A stretch of DNA of 64,000 nt from Lama glama (Eukaryota), in NCBI GenBank assembly GCA_028534125.1, contig CM052817.1, forward strand, positions 108,254,001 to 108,318,000, in the 5' to 3' direction. Below the pieces are notes generated by a model. It searched no databases. It had not been told where the DNA came from and saw only the letters and a list, made by a program, of their open reading frames with translations. Positions 1 through 12,336 of this stretch are shown one piece after another (the stretch's first letter is position 1; each line of letters starts with the position of its first letter). The translations under genes and the position numbers were made by a program.

Positions 1-12
1 AAATAAATACGA

Positions 13-172
13 GGGGGGAGGGTATAGCTCAGTGATAGAGTGCATGCTTAGCATGCATGAGGTCCTGGGTTCAATCCCCCGTCCCTCCATTAGAAACAAA
101 CAAATAAATAAATAAACCTAATTACCTGCCCCCCCAAAATAAAATAAAATAAAATAAAAATTTTTTAAAGAT
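13..172 (+). mobile_element. tRNA-derived SINE (Vic-1 type)
   Basis: ggggagggtatagctcagtg (A box)...gggttcaatcc (B box), A-rich tail; possible TSD aaataaatac (1-10, 173-182). Confidence 0.9.
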
Positions 173-1141
173 AAATAAATACATAAATAAAATAAAATAA
201 AATAAACATAAATTAGACAATAGAGAAGTGCTGGGGGAAATACAAATCATGAAATAAATGCATGAATGACAACAAACCGAAGCATCATGATTTGTGTGTT
301 GTCTGCAACACCCAATTTAGGCATTTTCACAAGTCTGTTATTAAATATTTGTGGAATGAATACATGATCTCAACTAACTGTGTAACAAGGGTATAAAACC
401 ATTTCTAATGATGAAATTTCACTTCTGTTGACCCTGGGGTATTTCTGAAATCACAGCATAACGATATTTTCTTCCTTCACTATCAAATTGCACAAAATTT
501 AATCTACCATTTTTGTAGTGGGAAAAAAACCCGCAGTTATTACTCCGAGAAGATAATCTTCAGAATATTCATGAAATCTTATTACTTTAAGCTTTCAAAA
601 TGTATTTGATGTGTGGAAAAGTTGTACCAAGAGAAGTGAAGTTACTAACCTGAAAAAAATACATAGGGCAGGATGCAACTGAAAACCTAAAGGAAAAAGT
701 CAACTTCTTTGTCCTGAATATTCAGCCAATGACACATTCTGCCCTTGGAAACACCCTCAGGTAGCAAGACAACCTCAAATGTCTTAGTTACATAAGTCAG
801 TGGAGTAACTCAAGCCTGAACACTTAGCATAAGCAACATCTATTCCTTTCACAAGTGTACTTGCTGGAACCCGTGGGATATGGAACATTCGGTTTCCATA
901 TAAAAATTTCGGAGGATGTTAAATATGGAACCGTAATTCTTTCAGTCTTGGAGAATTGAGGTAAATTGATATACTCTTCTCATAATGGAAAGGGGTAAAA
1001 CTGCCTACTTTCCATTGGTGGTATTATTTTAAAATGTAGATATCCGTGGGGGCACCTTCTTTTCCCATCAATTGACAGAAAGATTTCACTCTCGGGAGCT
1101 GAGAATTCAGCACCTCTCATAAAACTCACATCTCTTTACGC

Positions 1142-1210
1142 GGGAAGGGGTATAACTCAGTGGTAGAGGGTGTGCTTAGCATGCACGAGGTCCTGGGTTC
1201 AATCCAAAAA
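1142..1210 (+). mobile_element. Short tRNA-head-only SINE copy
   Basis: A and B boxes followed directly by an A run; flanked by imperfect TSD aaaactcacatctcttta / aaaattctcatctcttta. Confidence 0.85.
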
Positions 1211-2544
1211 ATTCTCATCTCTTTAAAAACCTACACGTGTCCCTCAGAGGCCAGCATGGTTCCGGGGATAGACACTCAGTTTACAGCAAGCGCCTGAAAT
1301 GCTAAATGATCCAAAGACATCATGGAGAATAATAAACATTCACCGCAATGACATTTTCTATAAACGGCCTCACTGATGATTTTTCCCTGTAGCCCTGCCA
1401 CAAATCATTACTATGAGATATTACTCCTCCTTTGCATAGATTCTTATTCCATTTTTCATCCAAATACTAAATCTGGTAGAGCAGCGACCCTCGGGAATCG
1501 AGAACTATGAAGTTGTAATACCACATTTTTCTTCCCCCTCCCAGACATCCATCCTCCCTGACCTCTGCACTGTGTTTGCTGAGTGAGGTGAAATGTCCTA
1601 AGTTTATGGCTGCGGCCCGCATTATTTGCAGCTTGAAAAAAAAATCTATAACGTTTATTCTGGTTTCATTCATCACCTGGGGAGAGCAAGCAATAGCAGA
1701 ACAGGCAGTAATAGGCAATAACTCTCAAGTGAATTTTAATGATGGGTTCTGGACACGTAAATGAAAGAGAATTATCTCTGTTTATACAAGATGCTAGTTT
1801 AAAAAAGACACTCCCATTCTTCATCCCATGGGCACGTATTTGCCCCTCATAAACACACAGAGTTCTCTCCCCTGTGGATTCTTGCTTAACTCGTGCTCTG
1901 TGTCAGTCCTGAGCCCCGCATCTCTGATGCCATGTGATGGGTGAAGCAGGCCGGTCCTCACGTCTGGAGGCCTGGCTTCTAACTCCAGCTGTGACACCAG
2001 CCACCTGTGTGCTTCTGGCTAACAGCAGCTCTCAAAGGCCTCTGGGCCCCCAAAGGTCCCACTGAGCTCACAGTCGGGCCCAAGCAGCCAAACAGTGAAG
2101 AGAAATTCTACACAGTGTCAGGGAGGGCGTGTTTGTTACTCACCACATATGCACTCATGGAAAATGAGTGTGCGACGCAACACAATTTCTCAGGTTAATT
2201 TCTACCATTCTCTGCCTGCTTTATTTGTCTTTTTCCTTTTCCTCTTCTTTATTTTTATAGCTTTCTCCTTTCCTCTTGTCCAGTTTCCTTCTTCAACTCT
2301 TTTACTTTTCTACTTCATGCGCATGGCTACTTTAAGCTACTGAGATTTCCTCCGCTCCACTCCTCATCACAATGCCTCAAGAAATGTCTGCTCTCTTACC
2401 TGACCATCATTAAAGTGTACAAATTTGAAGGACCTTATTTTTTACCATATATGGATTTGATGATATTTCAGCCCAAAGAAACATGTTAACTTTGAGGATT
2501 AAAAGCCTACATTTAAAAATATAATTGAAATAGAATTATATATA

Positions 2545-2765
2545 TTTTTATTGAAGTACAGTCAGTTACAATGCATCAATTTCTGGTGTGCAGCGCAATG
2601 TCCCAGTCATGCATATACATACATATATTCATTTTCATATTATTTTTCATTAAAATTATTACAAGATATTAAATATAGTTCCCTGTGCTGTACAGAAGAA
2701 ACTTGGCTTTTTAATCTGTTTTTATATATAGTGGCTAATATTTGCAAATCTCAAACACCCAAATT
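2545..2765 (-). mobile_element. L1 3' end, 5'-truncated
   Basis: ttattgaagtacagtcagttacaatg...tagttccctgtgctgtacag is the reverse complement of the L1 3' UTR seen elsewhere in the window. Confidence 0.85.
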
Positions 2766-3419
2766 TTAATATAACATAAAAATGCTTTAAAAATGCTTTT
2801 AAAATGGAAATGCTTTTAAAAAAACCAAAATTTTTTTAATTTAAAAAATTTTTAAAATAGAAAAAAATTATTGAAAAATTAGAAGATTTCTACTTAAAAG
2901 GATTTTTCTTAAAGTGGCATGCCAAAAAGTGACTGATTTTATAGCCTTACTCGTATGGATGCTCCCACATCAGATCCTACAGCCCTCTTGCTTTTGAAGG
3001 CTCAGCATTCCTGAGGCTTCCATGGGACCTTCCTGCTGGTCAGTCAGAGGGTTTCTATCTACATGCCCAGCACGTCTGTGGTCACTCATTAAGGTTTATT
3101 GAAGGGGTAAACATTTTTTGAATATCATGTAAGGAGCCATTGTGTGGATGTACTTAGAAACTCTCTAGGCATCCCTAAATTGCTAAGTACCTGGAGGAAT
3201 TATCAGCACAGTGGACTCAGCTTGGTGCCTGGGTTGGCAGCAGCCTCATGACCTAGCGTTTGGGGAGGGAGCAGGGTGCTCTGCTCGGATGTTGTCCTAA
3301 GGGTCTCCCAGCTGCTTGGATACACCTTCATCAAAAAAAGGAGCAAGGACAGAACTGATGGTGTGAAAGCATTCCCTCAGGAGGATTCATATTTACTGAT
3401 GTTCCAGCCCTTCCACTTA

Positions 3420-5640
3420 TCTTAATAACATAAATTAAATGTTTATGACACAAAAGTAACAAGAATAAACACAAATGAGTTACAACACGTATATTCATTC
3501 AAAGGCTACAATTTCCCTTCATGCCCCACTTTTCCCAGAGGCCGCCCTGGTTAGCAGCCATTTGGTGGGCTCACTTCCACACTTGTGGTTCCAATTAGGG
3601 TTGATTTTGTTTGTCTGTTTTTGTGTTTGTCATGTTTTCAATCAATGAGACCACAGGACAATTGTCTTGTGAATCGCTTTGACAACTGACACAGAAATTG
3701 CCACGCTGGTAGAGACGTCGTTCACTCTTTTAAACAACTACTTATTATTCCCTGGCTTTGATATATCATCACTGCACTAATATTCTCTGACTGAGGTATT
3801 TAGATGGTCATAAATTTTTGCAACTACAAACAAGGCTGCAGCAACACGTCAGTACACGTGTCTTTGGACACTTGTGCTAAGATTTCTGCAGGACAGATTA
3901 TTAAAAGTGGAATTGCTTGGTCGAACTTAATGCTGATAAAATGAATCCTTGCTATCAAATTACCACCCAAAGACAGGGTACCAATCCACACTCCCATCAC
4001 AATAAGATAAATTCTTTGCTTTTTTTTCCAAAGTGTTCTTCACCTATAGTGGATATTTTCAACCTCTAACTTACTCGTGTAATGTGTAAAAACAGCATTT
4101 CATGGTTGCTTTAATAATGGCGACTTATATTTTTGAACCCTTGTGGTAGAAGGCATTACCCTTAGGCTTTTCTTTGTCATGTATTAGCTCTTTTAAAATT
4201 CAGAATATTCTAATATCATCCACATTTTACAGATGAAAAAACTTGAAAATGAGTTACGTAATTTTCTAAGATAACACCTCTAGAAAATGGTAGAGGGGGT
4301 GTCAAACACAGGTGTCCTGATGCCAGAGAGAGAAAAATTGGGGTTTCCATTAATATTAGTAAGAAAGTGCATCTATATTTATATTTTCCTTTTTTAACTA
4401 TTCCTATATTTTGCATATTTTTCTTATTAAATTCCTATTTAAATTTTGATTTTTAATCTTCTTTATACATTAAACTTATATTTTTTCTTCCTTTTTCTTT
4501 CGTCTTTTACTTCGCTTATAATGACACCTGTAACCAAATTCTCAGTCTTTTCTCTGATGATGCCTAGATTTTGTGTCTCATGTAATAAGGACTTCCCATC
4601 CTAATTATTTCCAAAATATTTTTATGTTTGTTTTCATAATCATCCTTTTATGACTCACTCTTCTAATATTGATACTTGGATTTTATGCATAGGAGAAATT
4701 CAGCTTTTTTTCCACATAGATATTCAATTTTTTAAGCCCTTTAATTTACATATTGATTTCCCCTTAGTTTTGTATCATATTCTAATCTATTGCAGTAACT
4801 GTTAATTCCTCTGAAAGACAAAAGCTAAGGTCTATTTCTGAAGAAGAAAATGTGTTTTAATTACCACGCATTTTTGAAATAACTATTGTTTTCAGTGTCA
4901 TTTTGCAAAGCTTCCCTCTCTCTTGATTTAGATTTTTTTTCCAAATTTTGGTTAGGCTTGGATTGAAACATAAATTAATTAGCAGAGGTTAACATTTACA
5001 ACAGCCATTTTATAGCCAACCTCTGTTGACTGAGAACTGTTTTATGATTTTCAGTGAAGTTTTACACTTTTATTCATACCTTACACACTTCTTATTAGGT
5101 TTGTCCCTAGATATTTATGGCTTTATTACTATTGTTATCAGAATTTTATTCTTCATATTTTTTATTTTAGCTATTGCTAGGACCTAATAAAGCTATTGCC
5201 TTTAAAATGATACCTTTATGACTAGTGATGTCACTAAAGGCTTTAAACAGTTCTATGAGCTTTTGTTTGATTCTCTTGGATTCTACTATGTGGAAAAAAA
5301 TTTTTTTTTTTGCTAAAAATTTTATTCAACTCACCTTTGATCATTTTAATTTGAGAAATCATTTCCTCTTAATTTGTATTTCTATTCCATTTCTTCAAAT
5401 AATAATAAATTAAAAAGTATACCATTAATCTGGTTTCCATGCAATGAAAATTGAGTGAGAATTGAATAATGATCTGATGTATTTCAGCACTGTATATAAT
5501 GAAACTCTTGTATACAGTCCATAATTCTTCCTTCTCCATAACATAATGGCCTTTTAAAAGCCTATATTTTGTATGAATGATTGTTTCGACTTTCCGCTTC
5601 ACTTAACTGTGTGGCCCGTAAAGAATGAAAAAAAAAATAG
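3420..5640 (-). mobile_element. Old L1M fragments with an embedded MIR (about 4215-4330)
   Basis: Degenerate L1 motifs (aaaagtggaattgct, accaatccacactccc, ggtttgtccctagatattt); MIR core cacattttacagatgaaaaaact. Confidence 0.55.
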
Positions 5641-7439
5641 GAGGAAATATAATGCAATTTACATAACATCAATATTTAGTCATTATCAATATGGTTCTGT
5701 GATTATTTACACCCTATTCCCAGCACACCATAGTTGCAACAAAGGCAAAGGAAAAAATAATTAGCCAAGCAATAATTCTCCTCTAATAAAGGCCAGAATT
5801 TGGAGCAAAACTATTCAGAGGGATGAAAGGAGGTGGACAAGAAATGAATGGCTGAGAAGAGGCATTCTGGAAGAGGGCAGAGGGCACGGGGTAAATTAGT
5901 ATTGCAGTAACTGTTTAATTCCTATGAAAGACACAGCTGAAAAAATAGAAATGAGGAGATAATAGCTAATGGCAAGGAACGATACTGACATTGTATATAT
6001 CTGATGCTTTGCAGCATGAGTTACTTCAGCCACATGTGGTTACTGAAAGTAGGCTCACATGACTTCAGTGATAGCCATCATTTCAAAGACACCCAAATGA
6101 GGGGATGTCTTGTTCTGGAGAACACATGTAACCTTGGACGTAAATCACAGAGTCGACTGAAGATGTGGCAATCGGAAGGTGGCTAAATTGAATGCAAGTG
6201 GTGGAGAGATAAAACTGAAGCAAAAATCCCTACTGGTGTCTGATCTGCGCAGTTTGCCTGCTGGCCTTTGTTAGAGCTACCAGAGTTGCAGGGTCCCCAG
6301 GAGATGACGTAGCAGGGCAAACAAGCCGGGAGAATCAGATCTTCTCAAATCAGTCCTCAAGGAATCAAAGAATATGTTCCAATGTCAAAATGTATCAAGA
6401 ACAAAGTTATAGTACATTTTGTACTTCAGTAAGGATGACAGTGGATCGTCTGTCAGTGGGAACGATACAAAGTCAGTCCTGGCACCAAAGTGCAGTAAAC
6501 TAAGGGATACCCTCTGAACCAGGACACACACAAAACTGCTAGCTTATTCCTGTGAAATCGTTCCTTCCGGGGTATCGCGGTGGAAAGCAGTGATATGGCC
6601 AGCCAAGGCTGGTGTTCTACGAATGCTAATCCTGCAGAGCATCCAAGACAATATGAACATTGATGAAGCAGCTACACACGCGTGCATAAGTACAACTTTA
6701 TTTTACGCCACATATTTCATGCCCTCAAAGACTCAGAAACCAGCATAGGACCAAGCACAATTATTCGGCGATTTGCTAGAACTTTGTCACATTATCTGTT
6801 AAACTGATACAGTATTTTTCATAGGGTGAAATCCCCCTTAGTGTAAACTGGTGTGCTGTCCGGAGTGGAGCTCACACCACTCCGCAGCCAGAATCTACGC
6901 TTGCACTGTAACAAAAAGGAAGTCTGGGAAATGAGTACAGTGAGTCGTGATCATCATTCTTTGAAGTCCTAGCCAAGACTTAGATAAAAATTCAGTGCCG
7001 GGCACTCTTAGGGCTGATGTATATCAAGTTACCTAATCGTCCCAAGAATCCACAGGCTGGGAAGTTACGTCTCCCAAGTTCCAGCAGCCAGTGGTGGTGG
7101 AGCAAGAATTTGAACCCACCTACGTTGAAACTAACTAGAAAATGTCACTCGAGAAACCATGGGAAACACACTGCAGTAAACGAGAAGATGAATTCCAGAG
7201 TCGTGACAGATGTCCCAAGTGAAACAGGTATTAGGGAAAGTAATCTCTCCAGCCTCTCAATTATTCAGTCAATATTTAGCCACTATCAATATGGTTCTAT
7301 AATTATTCAGCACACCACAGGTGCTGCAAGGCAGAGGAAAAATACTTAGCCAAACAATAATTCTGCGGGTTTTCTAATTCTATTTTCTAACATATAATTT
7401 CTATTTTCTAACAATATATTTTTAGTATGTGGATCTACA

Positions 7440-7465
7440 GTGTGTGTGTGTGTGTGTGTGTGTGT
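7440..7465. repeat. (TG)n microsatellite
   Basis: Direct inspection. Confidence 0.95.
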
Positions 7466-8587
7466 ACACACTCATACACACCGGCTACCCTTTGATATGC
7501 TTCCAAATCAAAATTTTCCAGCTTAGAAATTTTATCTATAGGTATTTATAATTTGTAGATTCTATCTTTGCTGTAACTTTTCTATAACAAGTCCCAAGAA
7601 AACAGTTCTAGGGTAACCAACTAAATGAAGATTAGTATTTGTTTATGAATTTAGCTCATACCCAGGGCTTTTTAAAAACTGTATGTTTCACTATTATTTT
7701 CTTATCTATTTCTACAACTAGCACAAATTGAAATGAGGCATGGCACGACTCTGCCTACTTTAATCACCAGAGTCACATCCAATAACTAGGCAAAGTCTTA
7801 TGAATTTGGTGTCTCTAGATTATTGTAACATGGGATTTAATTTTTGTAAATAAAATATAACACTTGGGTGCACTGACAAGCTTACACAGGTTTTCTTTAC
7901 TTTCATCAAAGCTCAGGTACTAAGCCATTTTTTGATTATATAAGTCCTTCTTTGTACATGTCCACATTATTCTCCAAAATTCTTAAGGAACATATTTCAG
8001 TTATGTTTTTAAAAAAGAGTCTACATTCAGGTGGACCTTCTTTCTTTATGACAGCTTTTAGACCAGTCATAAGTAGAATGACTTGATTATAAATCAAATT
8101 TGATTGGTCAGAGCAGATTCCAATTTACTTTCTGCCACTTCTCACCTGGGTTCAGAAGGAGGCTGCAGAGAAAGATAAACATCAAAAATGAATATTTAAA
8201 TTAGAGTAGAGGCTTTTCAATATTTCACCCCCAAGCTAGCCAGGCTCGATTTTCCTTCCATATCTGGTCAATGTTCCAGTTGTCACTCCGACATACCCCC
8301 AAGTCCCCACTTAAAATTAAAAGACACAAATTTACTCGAAACATCCCTCAAAATCATATGAGGTGAAGAAATGTAAGGCCATGTGAGAAAATCCTAAATG
8401 TGGCGACCTTTTGACACATCAAAATGTCCCTAATCTCCTCAACATCATTACTGAAAAAAATAAGTACCTGTTTCAATAGAGACTAAAAGGAAAATATGCA
8501 CCTTGTTTCTAACAGTAAGTTAAATCCTTTGTTAAATGAGAAAAAGTCGGCATAACCTCCCTTTTAGAAAAAGATCTTCTGAAATGT

Positions 8588-9087
8588 NNNNNNNNNNNNN
8601 NNNNNNNNNNNNNNNNNNNNNNNNNNNNNNNNNNNNNNNNNNNNNNNNNNNNNNNNNNNNNNNNNNNNNNNNNNNNNNNNNNNNNNNNNNNNNNNNNNNN
8701 NNNNNNNNNNNNNNNNNNNNNNNNNNNNNNNNNNNNNNNNNNNNNNNNNNNNNNNNNNNNNNNNNNNNNNNNNNNNNNNNNNNNNNNNNNNNNNNNNNNN
8801 NNNNNNNNNNNNNNNNNNNNNNNNNNNNNNNNNNNNNNNNNNNNNNNNNNNNNNNNNNNNNNNNNNNNNNNNNNNNNNNNNNNNNNNNNNNNNNNNNNNN
8901 NNNNNNNNNNNNNNNNNNNNNNNNNNNNNNNNNNNNNNNNNNNNNNNNNNNNNNNNNNNNNNNNNNNNNNNNNNNNNNNNNNNNNNNNNNNNNNNNNNNN
9001 NNNNNNNNNNNNNNNNNNNNNNNNNNNNNNNNNNNNNNNNNNNNNNNNNNNNNNNNNNNNNNNNNNNNNNNNNNNNNNNNNNNNNNN
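8588..9087. other. Assembly gap (500 N)
   Basis: Run of exactly 500 N. Confidence 1.
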
Positions 9088-9560
9088 GGAATACTACTCA
9101 GCCATTAAAAAGGATAAAGTAATGCCATTTGCAGCAACATGGATGGACTTGGAGATCGTCATTCTAAGTGAAGTAAGTCAGACTGAGGGAAAAAAAATAC
9201 GATATGATGTCACTCATATGTGGAATCTAAAACATGACACAAATGAACTTATTTACAAAACAGAAACTGACTTACAGATATAGATAACAACTTATGGCTA
9301 CCAGGGCAAAAAGGGGATGGGGGAAGGATAAATTAGGAATTTGGGATTTGCAGAAACACACTACTGTATATAAAATAAATAAACAAGGTATTACTGTACA
9401 GCACAGGGAACTATATTCAATATCTTATAATGGTCTATAATGAAAAAGAATATGGAAAAGAATATACATATGTGTAACTGAAGCATTGTGCTGTATACCA
9501 GAAACTAACACAGCATTGTAAGCTGACTATACTTCAACAACAAAAGTAAAAAAGTACAAA
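9088..9560 (+). mobile_element. L1 3' end (truncated by the gap)
   Basis: ggaatactactcagccat...gccatttgcagcaacatggatggac...acagggaactatattcaa...A-rich tail. Confidence 0.93.
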
Positions 9561-10901
9561 GAGGAAAATATTAGAAAAAAATAAAGTTTAAATTAGTAAT
9601 TCAAGGACTTCAGAGTGGCTATCTCCACTGGAAATGTCAGCACCTGACCTGACCCTCCTCTGGAGAAGATAATTTCACCTCCTGATTCTCCAATGAGACA
9701 ACAGAACTGCTGAATTTATTGCAATTATAATAAATGCTCCTGAATCTATAATGTGCAGATTTAAAAAAAAAAACAGCTCAATCCCTCTGCCAAGAGAGCT
9801 AACCCAATACACTGACTATTAAATTGATTCAGGGCAACAAGATGCAGAAGCTGTCACACCTGTAAATGAATCTTTAACCATATGTTGTGATGTGTTTATA
9901 CGCTAGTGTCTTCGGAAATAGCACATCCTTTGATACCACCTGGTTGGCCATATTTTCTGAATTAGTGCCAATAAAATGGAATAAAATTATAACACATGAA
10001 GCCTGCATTCTTCAAACAACAACAAGGATGCACATGGATTATTTGGGATAAGAAACTCTCAAAGCACTTTTAAAATCTTGAGCCACTACAGAGAGAAAAT
10101 TCTCCAAATGGGGACATCCAAAAAGGAGGAGTCATTTCATGTGCAATCGTCCAAATACTGGTAATTTCTACAGAGCAAATATGAAAGTTATCCTCCCAGT
10201 AAAATATTAGTGTCTGCTTATTGCTTTGGGTATTCACCAGGGAATGAGAGAAGCAGAAAAAAAAATGCCTTGGAAGAAACAAGTGTAGAATATCAAGTAC
10301 TTTGAATTGAAGAGCTTAATGTGGTATATTTTCTGCTTCTGTACTCAATGGCAATGTGTAAGATTGTGACTGGGTTTGAACGGTGATAAATCATTTTGGA
10401 AGCATCAATGCAACTGGAAAATAGAAATGGAAAAGTTTCCCTAAGGACTGTTTACAGTAGTTTCTGTGTCTTCTTCCTGTACTTTTTTTGAGAGGTTAGT
10501 GAGAGAACGATAAAGAGAAAGATTGAAAAACAAGAGTATATTGTGTCTGTCATAGTGAGAGATCAATATGACAGAGAGGTTTGTTTAAAGGTGAGGCAAA
10601 GGTAACCAATCAAACAGTGGTCAGAATAAAACCTAGCCCTGTGAACTGGGTCAGAATTAGGAGCAACGGTTAGAGAAAGGCTAGACTATAGCTCAGAAGC
10701 CACATGGGGACCAAGGTTCGTTCTCAGCACCCTCTAATCATCACAGATGAGCAGCAGGACAGCTTTTTGGAAGCTCGCCAGCCAGCTTAGCAGGAAATAA
10801 TGTCCTTCTCCTTGACTTCCCTTTGTTGTGATGGGCACAGAAAGTGGTACAGACCTGGACCTGAAGTTAGAGCCCATCCAGGAGCAAAAGTTACTGTTAT
10901 T

Positions 10902-11570
10902 CAGTACGGAGATCCCTTACAAAACTGAAAACAGACTTACCATGTGATCCAGCAATCCCACTCCTGGGCATATATCTGGGGAAAACTGTTAATTCTAAAT
11001 GATACATGCACCCCAATGTTCACAGCAACACTATTTGCAATAGCCAAGACATTGGAAGCAACCTAAATGTCCATCAACAGAAGACTGGATAAAGAAATTG
11101 TGGTATGTTTATACAATAGAATACTACTCTGTCATAAAAAAGAATAAAATAATGCCATTTGCAGTAGCATGGATGGACCTAGAGATTGTCATTCTGAGTA
11201 AAGTAAGTCAGGTAAAGAAAGACAAATATCATAAGACATCAGTTATATATGGAATTTAAAAAATGACGCAAATGAACTTATTTACAAAACAAAAAGAGAC
11301 TCCCAGACATAGAAAACAAACTTATGGTTTCCAGAGGGGAAGCTGGGGGGAGGGAAACATTGGGAGTTTGATATTAACAGATACACACTATTATATATAA
11401 AATAGATGAACAACAAGGACCTACTGTACAGCACAGGGAACTCTATTCAATATCTTGTAATGATCTATAATGAAAAATACAAAAGGAATATATGCACATT
11501 TATAAATGGATCACTATGTTGTACATTGGAAACTAACACAACACTGTAAATCAACTATACTTCAATTTTG
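10902..11570 (+). mobile_element. L1 ORF2 end and 3' UTR, 5'-truncated
   Basis: gatccagcaatcccactcctggg and related motifs; 16-bp TSD aaaagttactgttatt / aaaagtgactgttatt. Confidence 0.95.
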
Positions 11571-11749
11571 AAAAGTGACTGTTATTTGAGAAGGACCAGA
11601 GCTGCAGAAAGAGGTCAACAGATGCTAAGTCATAGCTTTACTGCTTAAAGTGCAGAGATGGTATTTTCTCTAAGCTTCCACACAAAGACTTAGATAATAT
11701 GCTCATAAGGTCTCATAAATGAGGCCCTCCCATTGGACTCATGCACATT

Positions 11750-12120
11750 CATTACTTCTCTTGGTCTTCAAGACTGGACCAAAGCACTGCCTTCTATGCA
11801 GCTAGCGTGGCCAGGGGATGAAGCGTCACCACGTCTGGGCAATGACAAGTGAGGGGGAATGACGTGTGCACGTCCCAGGATGTGTTTTCAGTGCAGATGG
11901 TGCTTCTCTTCCTCACTCCCCACCTCATGCTGCTAGAAATAAGGACCTGGTCCTGAGTGTCGGCTGGTGAGGCCAAAAGAGGCAAAGCCCTTCGGGTGGG
12001 GGGAGTCTGGACTCCCAGGTGACCACAGGGAGAGACCCATCACAGCAGCCGTCGACCAGCTACATCAGGGTTGTTATATTGGTTAAGTCACCTTGATGGG
12101 GTCTCTTCTCTGCAAAGCCA
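11750..12120 (+). mobile_element. Old MaLR (MLT1-like) LTR
   Basis: Degenerate MLT1-type motifs (ggcaatgacaagtgagggggaatgacgtgtgc, ttaagtcacc...ggggtct). Confidence 0.5.
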
Positions 12121-12149
12121 AATCTGTATTATTATTAACAGTGTGAATT

Positions 12150-12302
12150 CAGCACAGGGAATTATATTTAATATTTTATAGTAACTCATGATGAAAAAGA
12201 ATATGAAAATGAATATATGTATATTCATGTGTGACTGAAGCATTGTGCTGTACACTAGAAATTGATACAATGTTGTCAACTGACCATACTTCAATAAATA
12301 AA
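12150..12302 (+). mobile_element. Short L1 3' end followed by (TA)n
   Basis: agcacagggaattatatt...ccatacttcaataaa. Confidence 0.85.
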
Positions 12303-12304
12303 TG

Positions 12305-12336
<32 letters not shown>

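Noticed and set aside
13..90. tRNA-like sequences (also at 1142, 37119, 39647) as tRNA genes
   Set aside because: A-rich tails, TSDs and broken stems identify them as SINE heads.
8536..9108. ORFs spanning N runs (also 63293-63998)
   Set aside because: Artefacts of translating assembly gaps.
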